A DNA stretch of 60,988 bases from an uncultured Clostridia bacterium (GTDB lineage: Bacteria; Bacillota; Clostridia; TANB77; CAG-508): NCBI GenBank assembly GCA_947628395.1, contig CANQZP010000002.1, positions 1-60,988 on the forward strand, given 5' to 3'. The position numbers were made by a program, and so were the translations under genes. Under the pieces are notes generated by a model. The model did not search any database and was not told the DNA's origin. It worked only from the letters and a program-made list of their open reading frames with translations. The stretch's first letter is position 1. Every line of letters begins with the position of its first letter. Below are positions 1-10,042 of the stretch, in pieces.

Positions 1-122
1 CATTAAACAGCCCTCATCGGTCCCCACAGCGGACACCTAAAAAATAGATGGAAATCCCTTCGCGCTATTTCACTATTATAATAAGATTAAACTGCTCAAA
101 AAATCAGTTCACTTTCAATACA

Positions 123-1121
123 TTATACAATATATAAAATTGTATTTTCTTTAAAATATTTACTTAACTGTTCTCTAAAAAATTTCTCCCCTTCCTCTCT
201 TATATCTTTCCTATACATATACTTTCCTCTTCCTCTACCCGTCATTTTTTCTTGTTCATATAACTGTATAGCATTAGGAAAAGCATCCTGATTTATCATT
301 CTATGAACATAGCTATAAGTCATAAATATAATCTCAAAAAATACATCTTTTTTTACTTGCTCATTTAAATTTTCATATAAATATTTTATTAAATCAGAAT
401 ATAACTTCTCCCATCCATCTACTAAAACTACTGGAGCTATTAAAATTCCTATCTTATACCCCGCTTCTTTTAACTTGTTAATAGCTTCAACTCTATTCTT
501 TAATGGACTAGTTCCAAATTCTACTTTTGTAATAATCTCTTGAGGATTAACACTCATTCTTACTATTATCTTTCCTTGATGATTTAAAGTTAAAATATCA
601 TCTATCATATCAAACTTAGTAGGAAAAGTAAGCATTCCTTTTTTTGAATTTGCAAAATTTTCAATTGTCCAAACTAAATTACCTGTTATTTCATTTTCTA
701 ATACTAAATCACTATTACTACCTATCTCAAATGTAAGATTTTTCTCTGACTTTTCTGCTGTTTTTATAATTTTATTTAACATTTCTTCTCTATTTACAAA
801 TAACCTTAAATATGCACATTTATTATAATTACACACTAAATAACAATACATACACATTGCAGTACATCCAGAAGATGTATATGGTACTAAATAATCTGAT
901 ACCTTGTGATTCTCAACATATTTATGTGTCTTTCTTGTACCTATAATCAAATTTTTCTTCATATTAGGAAACTCACTATTTTGTTTTTTCCTCATCTCTT
1001 CTATATTATTATGATTTTCTATTTCTATTCTTGGAACATCTTTAAATTTTTCTAATAAAAATCTTCCAAGCTCATAATCTTCTATATTTTTTTCACAATA
1101 AATACACTTAGGCTTAAACAT
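123..1121 (-). CDS. splB: spore photoproduct lyase (radical SAM)
   Basis: 332 aa. Radical-SAM CxxxCxxC triad in SSGCTAMCMYCYL, followed by the CYL context I recall for SplB. Length matches SplB (~340 aa). Other sporulation genes are present in the window. Confidence 0.7.
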   Translation of the reverse strand: MFKPKCIYCEKNIEDYELGRFLLEKFKDVPRIEIENHNNIEEMRKKQNSEFPNMKKNLIIGTRKTHKYVENHKVSDYLVPYTSSGCTAMCMYCYLVCNYNKCAYLRLFVNREEMLNKIIKTAEKSEKNLTFEIGSNSDLVLENEITGNLVWTIENFANSKKGMLTFPTKFDMIDDILTLNHQGKIIVRMSVNPQEIITKVEFGTSPLKNRVEAINKLKEAGYKIGILIAPVVLVDGWEKLYSDLIKYLYENLNEQVKKDVFFEIIFMTYSYVHRMINQDAFPNAIQLYEQEKMTGRGRGKYMYRKDIREEGEKFFREQLSKYFKENTILYIV

Positions 1122-1215
1122 TTTTTATCTCCTTTTTTATTTATTGTGGTCGTTTTATTTTATATTTATTCTTTAAAATTGAGATTTTTCAGATAGGGAA
1201 AAAAAGCCAGAACTT

Positions 1216-1293
1216 TTTCAGACATGGGGACGGAGTTTTTGTCTAAGAATTTTTAATTCTTAGACAAAAACTCCGTCCCCTCTGTCTGAAAAA
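1216..1293. repeat. palindromic intergenic repeat, family A, copy 1
   Basis: cagacatGGGGACGGAGTTTTTGTCTAAGAATTtttAATTCTTAGACAAAAACTCCGTCCCCtctgtctg: perfect 26-bp stem with a 3-nt loop, plus an outer CAGACA/TGTCTG pairing. A near-identical copy lies at 47588-47665, differing only by one loop base. Sits just downstream of the minus-strand ATPase gene. Confidence 0.9.
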
Positions 1294-1315
1294 TCCATCC
1301 CATCTCCGAAAAAAT

Positions 1316-3964
1316 TTATATTTCAGAAATTTTTTTAGAAGTATAAACTCTATTTTTTCTAATTGAAAAATGATTATACCATTTTTGTATTTCCATTATT
1401 ACTAATACTGAAATTGAAATTAAAACCGTATACATCCATTGAGTACTATTCAATGCTACCAATTTAAACTTACTCGAAATAAAAGGTACACAAACGACTC
1501 CAACTTGCATTAAAGTACCTAATACAAAAGCTCCTACTAAATATTTATTATTTAATATACCAGTTTTAAAAATTGATTCTTTAGATTTTAAATTAAAGCT
1601 GTGAATTAGCTCTACAACACCTAAAGTTATAAAAGCCATAGTTCTTCCAACATCAATTCCATAATAATTATTTCCTATAGTAAATGCTATTAAAGTTATT
1701 ATTCCCATCATTATTCCTTCTGTCAATATTTCTCCCCATAATCCATCTGCAAAAATACTTTTTCTTGGATTCCTTGGTTTTCTTTCCATTATATCTCTTT
1801 CTGCTGGTTCTAGGCTTAGAGCAATCGCTGGAAACGAGTCTGTTACTAAATTAATCCATAATAATTGAATTGCTATAAGTGGAGTATCAAATCCTAAAAT
1901 AAGTCCTATAAAAATGGTAACAATTTCTGCAATATTTGTTGATATCAAGAAATGTATTGCTTTTATCATATTGTCAAATATTATTCTTCCCTGTTTTACA
2001 GCATTTACAATTGTGGTAAAATTATCATCTGTCAAAATCATATCTGATGCATTTTTAGCAACATCAGTACCATTTTTCCCCATACTTACCCCAATATCTG
2101 CATTCTTTAATGCAGGTGCATCATTTACTCCATCACCAGTCATAGCAACCACTGCACCTGTTTCTCTAAAAGCTTTTACTATTTTTACTTTATGTTCAGG
2201 TGATACTCTGGCAAAAACACTATAATTCATTATATTCTTTCTTAATTCACTATCTGATATTTTGTCTAATTCTGTTCCAGTTATAGCTAAATCATTACCT
2301 TTTAATATATTTAATTCTTTGGCTATCGCCTTAGCAGTAATAATATGGTCACCTGTTATCATTACAGTCTTTATTCCTGCTTTATTACATTCAGCAATTG
2401 CTTCTTTTACACCTTCTCTTGGAGGATCTATCATTCCTATTAAACCTACAAATATTAAATTATTCTCAATGGTATTTGTATCTATCTTATTTGGAATAAC
2501 ATCTACATCTAAATATGCAACTCCTAAAACTCTAAGAGCCTCTTCAGCTAATCTATCATTTTTTCTTAATACAGAATTCTTTAAAGTAAAGTTAAAATCT
2601 AATACATTTCCATTTTGATAATATTTATTGCATTTACTTAAAAGTATATCTGGAGCTCCTTTAGTAATAATTCTGTATCTATTTCCAAATTTATGAATTG
2701 TTGTCATTAACTTTCTATTAGAATCAAATGGAATCTCATTTATTCTTTTCATCTGACTATATAACTCATTTTTATCTATTCCATTTTCTAAAGCTTCATT
2801 TACTATAGCATTTTCTGTTGCCTCACCTTTTGCAATCTTTTTTCCATTTTCAGTTTCTATATTACAATCTGTACACATACAAGCTAAAGTCATCGTAAAT
2901 TTTTTATCTGTACTATTTACATTTTCTATTCTTACTACTTTCATTTTATTTTGAGTTAGTGTTCCTGTTTTATCTGAACAAATAACTGTACTACTTCCTA
3001 AAGTTTCAACAGCAGGCAATTTTCTAATTATAATATTTTTCTTTGCCATTTTAGTTACACCTATTGATAACATTATTGTTATAATTGCAGGAAGTCCTTC
3101 TGGTATTGCTGCAACTGCAAGACCGATAGAAGTCATAAACATTTCTACTATAGATATTTTCTTTAAAATACCTATACAAAATATTGCAATACAAATAATT
3201 ATACAAGCAAATCCTAGTATTTTTCCAACCTCAGATAATTTTCTTTGTATTGGTGTTTCTGGTGAATCATTATTTATTATTAGTTTAGCTATTTTACCAA
3301 CTTTTGTATTCATTCCAATATCTGTAACAATTGCTTCTCCGTGCCCATTTACAACAATTGTAGTAGAAAAAGCACAATTTTTCATATCTCCTATTGGTAT
3401 ATCAGCTTTTAATATACTATTTGCCTCTTTTTCTGATGGTACTGTTTCACCAGTAAGTGCAGACTCTTCTATTTTTAGATTATATGAACTTATTAATCTA
3501 CAATCTGCAGGTACATAATTTCCTGCTTCTAATATTATAATATCTCCTATTGTTACATCTTTACTATCTATCTCTATTACTTTTCCATCTCTTTTTACTT
3601 TTGCTTTAGGTGATGACATCTTCTTTAAAGCTTCTAATGATTTTTCTGCTTTACTTTCTTGTATAAGGCCCATTAAACTATTAAATACTACAATTGCAAT
3701 AATTATTATAGAATCTATGTAATCATTTCCACCTTGCATTTTAGTCATAATAGCTGATATTATTGCAGCTAATATTAAAATAATTATCATAAAATCATTG
3801 AATTGTTTTAAAAATCTTATGATAATAGATTCTTTTTTCATTTCTTCTAACTGATTTTTTCCATATTTATCAATTCTTATTTTTACCTCTTCTTCTGTTA
3901 AGCCATTATTTATATTACTCTTTAATTCTTTTTGTATCTCATCAATATTTTTAGTACACCACAT
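1316..3964 (-). CDS. calcium-translocating P-type ATPase (type IIA-like)
   Basis: 882 aa. Phosphorylation motif CSDKTGTLTQN, actuator motif ALTGET, TM4 motif IPEGLPAI, hinge motif MTGDGVNDAPALK, and multiple TM helices at both ends. Confidence 0.9.
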   Translation of the reverse strand: MWCTKNIDEIQKELKSNINNGLTEEEVKIRIDKYGKNQLEEMKKESIIIRFLKQFNDFMIIILILAAIISAIMTKMQGGNDYIDSIIIIAIVVFNSLMGLIQESKAEKSLEALKKMSSPKAKVKRDGKVIEIDSKDVTIGDIIILEAGNYVPADCRLISSYNLKIEESALTGETVPSEKEANSILKADIPIGDMKNCAFSTTIVVNGHGEAIVTDIGMNTKVGKIAKLIINNDSPETPIQRKLSEVGKILGFACIIICIAIFCIGILKKISIVEMFMTSIGLAVAAIPEGLPAIITIMLSIGVTKMAKKNIIIRKLPAVETLGSSTVICSDKTGTLTQNKMKVVRIENVNSTDKKFTMTLACMCTDCNIETENGKKIAKGEATENAIVNEALENGIDKNELYSQMKRINEIPFDSNRKLMTTIHKFGNRYRIITKGAPDILLSKCNKYYQNGNVLDFNFTLKNSVLRKNDRLAEEALRVLGVAYLDVDVIPNKIDTNTIENNLIFVGLIGMIDPPREGVKEAIAECNKAGIKTVMITGDHIITAKAIAKELNILKGNDLAITGTELDKISDSELRKNIMNYSVFARVSPEHKVKIVKAFRETGAVVAMTGDGVNDAPALKNADIGVSMGKNGTDVAKNASDMILTDDNFTTIVNAVKQGRIIFDNMIKAIHFLISTNIAEIVTIFIGLILGFDTPLIAIQLLWINLVTDSFPAIALSLEPAERDIMERKPRNPRKSIFADGLWGEILTEGIMMGIITLIAFTIGNNYYGIDVGRTMAFITLGVVELIHSFNLKSKESIFKTGILNNKYLVGAFVLGTLMQVGVVCVPFISSKFKLVALNSTQWMYTVLISISVLVIMEIQKWYNHFSIRKNRVYTSKKISEI

Positions 3965-4115
3965 ATATTTTATCCTCCTTGTCCCTATATTTTAAATATA
4001 TGCCTGTTTCTAAAAAATATACTTGTCTTTTTAATAGAGGGCACGCCTATTACTTTTTTCTTAAAAATAATAAGTGTACCCTCTATCTATTAGTTTGATT
4101 ATTTAACGAAAAAAA

Positions 4116-4928
4116 TTATGCTTCTATTCTTTTTTCTAAATCAGAAATCCTTTTGCCATGTTTCCAATAAACAAGATCTAAGTTGTCTAACCTTTTATTA
4201 ATTTTCTCTTGATTTGAAGTAAATTGTCTTTCCTTTTCTAACTCTATTTCTCGACTATCATAAAGTGCTTCAATTTTTGTTCCATATTGATGCTCTAAAA
4301 TAAATAAATTATTACGTACTTTTTCTATTTCTTCAATTAATTTTGTTTCTACATTTTCTATTTTATTTTTTATTTCAAAAATTTCGTTTCGTATTTCTTC
4401 TCGTTCAGATACCATTTCTTCTCTTAATCCTGCAATTTCCTTTTGTAAATCTTCTTTTATTTCTATATAATGGTTAGAAAAATTTGAAGTTTCTTCTTTT
4501 ATTTCTATATATTGCTTAGAAAGATTTGAAATTTCTTCTCTTAATATTACATTTTGTTTTTCGAATTCTTTTTTTATTGCCTCCACTTTATCTCGTATTT
4601 CATTGATTTCTTTTCTTATTTCTTTAATTTTTTCTTCGAATTTTACCTCTTTAGATTTTAGATCTTCTTTTAATTTTATTATTTGTTCATTTAATTGTTT
4701 ATTTACACTTTCAATCCTTTCTCCTAATTCTTTATATGTATTATTAATATCTTGTTTGACTTGTGTAATTTGTAATTGTAAACTATCTCGTACACTTTCA
4801 ATGTCACCTTTTAATTCATTACGAACATCTGTAATATCTTTTTTAAATTCTTTTTTCAATTCTTCTTTTACATAATTTATTTCTTTTAAAATAGTTTGAG
4901 TAAAAACTTCCATTTCTGATTTTTCCAT
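4116..4928 (-). CDS. hypothetical coiled-coil protein
   Basis: 270 aa, E/K/I-rich heptad-like sequence throughout, with an internal repeat (SNLSKQYIEIKEE / SNFSNHYIEIKED). An RBS-like aggaggt precedes the ATG. No catalytic motif recognised. Confidence 0.6.
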   Translation of the reverse strand: MEKSEMEVFTQTILKEINYVKEELKKEFKKDITDVRNELKGDIESVRDSLQLQITQVKQDINNTYKELGERIESVNKQLNEQIIKLKEDLKSKEVKFEEKIKEIRKEINEIRDKVEAIKKEFEKQNVILREEISNLSKQYIEIKEETSNFSNHYIEIKEDLQKEIAGLREEMVSEREEIRNEIFEIKNKIENVETKLIEEIEKVRNNLFILEHQYGTKIEALYDSREIELEKERQFTSNQEKINKRLDNLDLVYWKHGKRISDLEKRIEA

Positions 4929-5245
4929 AAATTTATACCTCCTTTTTTATTTTCATAAATCAATAAATTTTTGATTTTTGGGCGCAAAAAACAACAGTCT
5001 TAAAACTTTAATTTTTAAACTTTCCAAGAACAGTATTTAATTTTATTTTGAAATTACCTAGATAAAAAAAATTGAAATAAAATTTATTGATTCAAAGTCA
5101 AATTGAATACAACAATTTGATAGTAATATTAAAACACATATATATAAATTATTCAAGTATTTTTTAGATTTTTTTAATAAAAGGTAAATTAACCTTGCTC
5201 TAGTATAAGAAGAAGACGTCCAATATTATATGGACGCCCTCTTCT

Positions 5246-5413
5246 TTAATTTTCGCCATTATCCTTAGTTACATTACCTTCTCTTGTCAAAACACACAAT
5301 GAAGGTAATGTAACCATGTACTCATCTGCATAACTACAATTTGTCTGATAATTATCGTTTACAAATGGGAACTCTGATAACTCCTCATATGGGAACTCAG
5401 ATGCATCACTCAA
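5246..5413 (-). CDS. candidate small acidic protein (55 aa), absent from the ORF track
   Basis: Hand translation from a TTG start (AGGGAAG about 10 nt upstream): MSDASEFPYEELSEFPFVNDNYQTNCSYADEYMVTLPSLCVLTREGNVTKDNGEN. The region is visibly more GC-rich than the flanking spacer, and a hairpin at 5208-5246 overlaps the stop codon. Weak points: non-ATG start, and a 14-bp perfect inverted repeat inside the ORF. Confidence 0.3.
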   Translation of the reverse strand: MSDASEFPYEELSEFPFVNDNYQTNCSYADEYMVTLPSLCVLTREGNVTKDNGEN

Positions 5414-5519
5414 GAAATTCACTTCCCTTCATATATAAGACTTTGCCAATTGGCTAGTATAGTAATTGTATAATATATTTATAATTATTTCAAGAAAATA
5501 TATTTTTATATAATTATAT

Positions 5520-6440
5520 TTATTCATCGTATAAAATATTAACTAAAATGTTATTTTTATTAAATAATGCCTCTTTTACAAAAGATATATTATTTTCTAA
5601 ATATTTATAATAAAGATTAAATAACCTTTCTAATTCATTAATAAAATCTGAAATTATAAAATATTCCCATTCTTTCATTAGACTTTTAGAAGGATCATAT
5701 TTTTTAATAAATCCTTTTAAAAATGCTTTTTCGTTTTCTTTAAGACTATTATTGTATAAAAAAGTATAAATACTATAAATAATGTTATATCCTCTATAAG
5801 TTAAACCAATTGGGTCAATATCTACTAGACAAAAATTATTGTTTTCATCTATCATAATATTTGCTATTTTAATATCATTATGGTTTAGCATAACAGCATC
5901 ATTTTTTATATCACTACATAAATTTTTAAATCTTAAAATTAAATTATTTATGTCATTGTCACTAAATAAATTATTCATTTTATTTTTTGGATTTAAATAA
6001 AATTTTTTTAATCTTTCTATGTATTTATCACAATGACTTTTTAGATCAAATGTTTTAAATGAATCAGGATAGTTTTTTATCTCATTCATTTTTTTTACTT
6101 CTATTGCTACTTTTTTTCCGTAATCTTCATATTGTTCTAATGTTAGTGAACTATCTTTTAAATTTTTATACTCATAATATTTATATATCAATATTGTTTT
6201 ATTATCTCTTACTAATATGTTTATTATTGGAATTACAGGTATGTTTTTTTCTTCATAGATCTTATAAATCCATTTTCTTTTCTCTATCTCATCAATACTT
6301 TCTTTATTAGGCAAAACTTTTATAAAAAATTTTTCATTTCTTGTTTCTACTATATATTTTTTTCTCTCTTCATATCCTTCTTTTATTTCCTTTATTGATA
6401 ATATATTATCTGGTAATAGTAATTCTTTTATTTCGTTCAT
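5520..6440 (-). CDS. phosphotransferase of the APH/choline-kinase/CotS kinase-fold family
   Basis: 306 aa. Brenner-type catalytic motif HNDIKIANIMID followed by the metal-binding LVDID. Size is typical of small-molecule/CotS-type kinases. Confidence 0.7.
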   Translation of the reverse strand: MNEIKELLLPDNILSIKEIKEGYEERKKYIVETRNEKFFIKVLPNKESIDEIEKRKWIYKIYEEKNIPVIPIINILVRDNKTILIYKYYEYKNLKDSSLTLEQYEDYGKKVAIEVKKMNEIKNYPDSFKTFDLKSHCDKYIERLKKFYLNPKNKMNNLFSDNDINNLILRFKNLCSDIKNDAVMLNHNDIKIANIMIDENNNFCLVDIDPIGLTYRGYNIIYSIYTFLYNNSLKENEKAFLKGFIKKYDPSKSLMKEWEYFIISDFINELERLFNLYYKYLENNISFVKEALFNKNNILVNILYDE

Positions 6441-6476
6441 TATTTTCTCCTAATTTCTTTTACCCTGTTAATTATA

Positions 6477-6517
6477 ATGAAGAAATCTGATAATATTATT
6501 TAATCAGATTTCTTCAT
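6477..6517 (-). terminator. hairpin downstream of rfbB (terminator-like)
   Basis: Perfect 15-bp inverted repeat ATGAAGAAATCTGAT / ATCAGATTTCTTCAT with an 11-nt loop, 29 nt after the rfbB stop. The flanks are AT-rich but there is no long U-run. Confidence 0.5.
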
Positions 6518-6545
6518 ATAAATTGACGATTTTTAATTTTATATT

Positions 6546-7511
6546 TTACTCTAACCATTTTGGATTTTCCAAATACCAGTCAATAGTTTTTACTATTCCA
6601 TCCGCAAATTTTGTTTTAGGAGTCCAACCTAACTCATTGCTTATTTTTGTAGGATCTATTGCATATCTATAATCATGACCTTTTCTATCTTCAACAAATT
6701 CTATCAAGCTTTCTGGTTTATTTAATCTCTCTAATATTAATTTAACAATTTCAATATTTCTTTTCTCGTTATGTCCTCCAATATTATATCTTTGTCCTGC
6801 TCTTCCATTATGGAATACTAAATCAATTGCTTCACAATGATCTTCTACATAAAGCCAATCTCTAATATTTCTACCTTCACCATAAACAGGCAATCTTTCA
6901 TCTTTTAAAGCCAACTTAATCATATGTGGTATTAATTTTTCGTTATGTTGATATGGTCCATAATTATTAGAACAGTTTGTAACTGTAACATTCATTTTAA
7001 AAGTTTCATGATAAGCTAAAGCTATTAAATCAGAACCAGCCTTTGATGATGAATATGGGCTATTAGGCTTGATTGGAGATGTTTCTGTAAAATATCCTTC
7101 TTCTCCTAAAGTTCCATATACTTCATCTGTTGAAATATGTACAAATTTGTTTTCACTTTCTTCTCCCCATATTTGCTTAGCAGCTTCTAAAAGAGTATGA
7201 GTACCTATTACATTTGTTTGTGTAAATATAAAAGGTGTTTTTATACTGTTATCAACATGAGATTCTGCGGCAAAATGAATAACTCCATTTATATCATATT
7301 TTTTCATAATATCTTTTACAAGTTCAAAATCACAAATGTCTCCTTTTATAAAAGTAATCTTATCCTTTACTTTATCTAAATTATCCAAATTTCCAGCATA
7401 AGTTAATTTATCTAATACTATAACTTTGTAATCTGGATGTTTATTTACAAAATATTCAGCAAAATTTGCTCCAATAAAACCTGCTGCTCCTGTTACTAAT
7501 ACATTTTTCAT
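6546..7511 (-). CDS. rfbB: dTDP-glucose 4,6-dehydratase
   Basis: 321 aa. Rossmann motif VTGAAGFIGANF, HISTDEVYG, YxxxK (YSSSKAGSD). Lies in a block with rfbC, rfbA and rfbD. Confidence 0.93.
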   Translation of the reverse strand: MKNVLVTGAAGFIGANFAEYFVNKHPDYKVIVLDKLTYAGNLDNLDKVKDKITFIKGDICDFELVKDIMKKYDINGVIHFAAESHVDNSIKTPFIFTQTNVIGTHTLLEAAKQIWGEESENKFVHISTDEVYGTLGEEGYFTETSPIKPNSPYSSSKAGSDLIALAYHETFKMNVTVTNCSNNYGPYQHNEKLIPHMIKLALKDERLPVYGEGRNIRDWLYVEDHCEAIDLVFHNGRAGQRYNIGGHNEKRNIEIVKLILERLNKPESLIEFVEDRKGHDYRYAIDPTKISNELGWTPKTKFADGIVKTIDWYLENPKWLE

Positions 7512-7573
7512 TTTTACAATATTTCCTTTCTAAGATTTGGTTGAAAAAAATTTAAATTTCAACCTTTTTCCTT

Positions 7574-8155
7574 CTATTTTAAATTTTTAAATAAATCTGT
7601 ATTTTTTAATTCTTTAAGAGATGGCCATTTTCCATCTTTTTCAGATGTTAATAAATCTTTCTTCTTTAAATCACCCATTGGCCACTCTATATTTACATCA
7701 GGGTCATCCCATTTAAGACCACCTTCAGCCTCATGATTGTAAATATCATCACACTTATAAGTAAATTCAGCTTCATCTGATAAAACTAAAAATCCATGTG
7801 CAAAACCTCTAGGAATCATAAACATTTTTTTATTTTCTTCTGAAAGTATAACTCCTTCCCATTTTCCATAAGTTTCACTTCCAGGTCTTAAATCAACGGC
7901 TACATCAAATACTTCACCTTTAATTACTCTTACAAGTTTGGCTTGAGTATTTTCTTTTTGAAAATGTAATCCTCTTAAAACACCTTTTTTAGATTTTGAT
8001 TGATTATCTTGAACAAAATTATAATCTAATCCAATTTCTTCAAATTCTTTTTTACTATATGTTTCCATGAAATAACCTCTGTTATCACCAAAAACAGATG
8101 GCTCAATTATACATACACCTTCGATTGAAGTATCTATTTTCTTAAATTTTCCCAC
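7574..8155 (-). CDS. rfbC: dTDP-4-dehydrorhamnose 3,5-epimerase
   Basis: 193 aa cupin with GDNRGYFMETY, LRGLHFQ and RGFAHGFLVLSD, typical of RmlC. Confidence 0.92.
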   Translation of the reverse strand: MGKFKKIDTSIEGVCIIEPSVFGDNRGYFMETYSKKEFEEIGLDYNFVQDNQSKSKKGVLRGLHFQKENTQAKLVRVIKGEVFDVAVDLRPGSETYGKWEGVILSEENKKMFMIPRGFAHGFLVLSDEAEFTYKCDDIYNHEAEGGLKWDDPDVNIEWPMGDLKKKDLLTSEKDGKWPSLKELKNTDLFKNLK

Positions 8156-8167
8156 TTTACTTTTCTC

Positions 8168-9058
8168 CTATTCTTCACCAAATTTATTTTCCGCTAAATC
8201 TTTTAAATATTTTCCATATTCAGTCTTCATAAATTTATTAGCTAAATCTGTTAACTCCTCTTTAGTTATCCAGCCTTTCTTATAAGCAATTTCTTCAGGG
8301 CAACATACTTGCATTCCTTGCCTTTTCTCAATAGTTTGTACAAAACTTGCTGTTTCTAGTAATGCATCATGTGTTCCAGTATCAAACCAAGTCATACCTC
8401 TTCCTAGTTTTTCAACTTTTAATTTTCCCCTATTCATATATTCTTCATTAACAGAAGTAATCTCCAATTCACCTCTTGCAGAAGGTTTAATACTTTTGGC
8501 TATTTCTATAACATCATTAGTATAGAAATATAATCCTGGAACTGCATAATTTGATTTAGGCTCAAGAGGTTTTTCCTCTATTGATACTGCCTTTCCATTT
8601 TTATCTATTTCAACTACACCATAAGCTCTAGGATCTTTTACATAGTATCCAAATATAGTTGCTTCATTTTCACGTTCTGTTGCAGCTTTTAATTTTTCAG
8701 CGAAATGCTCTCCATAAAACATATTATCACCTAAAATCATAGCTACATTATCTTGTCCTATGAAATCTGCGCCAATTATAAAAGCTTCAGCTAAACCATT
8801 TGGCTTTTCTTGAATTTTATATTCAAACTTCATTCCCCACTGTTTTCCATCTCCTAGTAATTCTTTAAAAATTACTATATCTCTTGGTGTAGAAATTATT
8901 AAAACTTCTCTAATATCTGATTCCATTAAAACAGAAAGTGGATAATATATCATAGGTTTATCATAAACTGGCATAATTTGTTTTGAAATTGCAAGTGTTA
9001 ATGGATATAATCTTGTCCCACTTCCTCCTGCTAAAATAATACCTTTTCTATTTTTCAT
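8168..9058 (-). CDS. rfbA: glucose-1-phosphate thymidylyltransferase
   Basis: 296 aa. N-terminal signature [17 protein letters not shown] and the overall RmlA pattern (ILGDN, EKPxxPKSNYAVxGLYFY). Confidence 0.95.
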   Translation of the reverse strand: MKNRKGIILAGGSGTRLYPLTLAISKQIMPVYDKPMIYYPLSVLMESDIREVLIISTPRDIVIFKELLGDGKQWGMKFEYKIQEKPNGLAEAFIIGADFIGQDNVAMILGDNMFYGEHFAEKLKAATERENEATIFGYYVKDPRAYGVVEIDKNGKAVSIEEKPLEPKSNYAVPGLYFYTNDVIEIAKSIKPSARGELEITSVNEEYMNRGKLKVEKLGRGMTWFDTGTHDALLETASFVQTIEKRQGMQVCCPEEIAYKKGWITKEELTDLANKFMKTEYGKYLKDLAENKFGEE

Positions 9059-9070
9059 AAAAAATCCCCC

Positions 9071-9931
9071 TTACATTTTTCCTTCTTTTATCAAATATCT
9101 TTTTAATGCATCTTCCCAATCTGGAACAGTAATTCCAACTGTCTTTAGTTTTTCTTTTGATAATTGAGAATTATGTGGTCTTTTAGCTTGAGTTATTTTC
9201 ATAAGCTCTATATATTCTTCTGTTGTAACAGGGTTTACTTTACATATAATTCCCGAATATTCAAATATAGCTTTTGTAAAATCATACCATGTTGTAAAAC
9301 CTTCATTTGTAGAATGATATATTCCATAAGGAATTTTCTTTTCAATAGCCTTTTTTATAATTTCTGCTAAATCTTCTGCATAAGTAGGACTTCCATGTTG
9401 ATCTGCAACAACATTTAATGAGTCTCTTGCTTCACCTAATTTTAGCATTGTTCTTACAAAATTATTTCCATCCCCATAAAGCCATGCTGTTCTAAAAATA
9501 TAGTATTTATCAGTATTTGCCTTGACATTATTTTCACCATCTAATTTTGTTTTTCCATAAACTGTTACAGGTCCTGGTTTATCGTCTTCTTTATATGATT
9601 CTTCTATACTTAGATCTCCATTAAAAACATAATCTGTGCTGATATGAATTAAAGTAGCATCTGCCTTCTTAGCTGCTTTTGCTAAATTTCCAGGTCCATC
9701 ACCATTTATCTTTTCTACAATTTCTCCTGCCTCCTCTGCTTTATCAACAGCAGTATAAGCAGCACAATTTATTATATATTCTGGTTTTAACTCATCTACA
9801 AATTTTAAAACCGCTTCTTCATTCGTTATATCTAACTCTTCTACATCTGTACAAATCAACTCATTGTCTTTTAACTTTTCTCTTACAGATTTTGCAAGCA
9901 TTCCATTACTTCCTGTTATTAATATTTTCAT
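9071..9931 (-). CDS. rfbD: dTDP-4-dehydrorhamnose reductase
   Basis: 286 aa. MKILITGSNGMLA Rossmann start, ISTDYVFNG, YGKTK (YxxxK). Adjacent to rfbA. Confidence 0.9.
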   Translation of the reverse strand: MKILITGSNGMLAKSVREKLKDNELICTDVEELDITNEEAVLKFVDELKPEYIINCAAYTAVDKAEEAGEIVEKINGDGPGNLAKAAKKADATLIHISTDYVFNGDLSIEESYKEDDKPGPVTVYGKTKLDGENNVKANTDKYYIFRTAWLYGDGNNFVRTMLKLGEARDSLNVVADQHGSPTYAEDLAEIIKKAIEKKIPYGIYHSTNEGFTTWYDFTKAIFEYSGIICKVNPVTTEEYIELMKITQAKRPHNSQLSKEKLKTVGITVPDWEDALKRYLIKEGKM

Positions 9932-10000
9932 ATAACTTACTCCTTTTTAATAGATTGTTTAAATAATATCATTTAATGTAGGAAAATACAAGTAAATAGT

Positions 10001-10035
10001 AAAAAAAGATTATCAAAATCTGATAATCTTTTTTA
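10001..10035 (-). terminator. rho-independent terminator after galE
   Basis: Minus strand reads AAGATTATCAgatttTGATAATCTT followed by a T-run (the plus strand shows aaaaaaagattatcaaaatctgataatctttttt). Lies 8 nt after the galE stop. Confidence 0.7.
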
Positions 10036-10042
10036 GTTAATT

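Noticed and set aside
1-70. Left window edge is markedly GC-richer (~47 percent over the first 60 nt) than the rest, which suggests the end of a structured RNA or foreign segment
   Set aside because: It is too short and truncated to assign. I could not match it to any riboswitch, tRNA, tmRNA or RNase P core from memory. Sequence beyond the window and a cmscan are needed.
1914-2618. Two plus-strand ORFs (103 and 118 aa) inside the P-type ATPase gene
   Set aside because: They are antisense to a CDS with unambiguous P-type ATPase motifs. They have no RBS or recognisable motif, and their hydrophobic low-complexity composition is typical of antisense frames.
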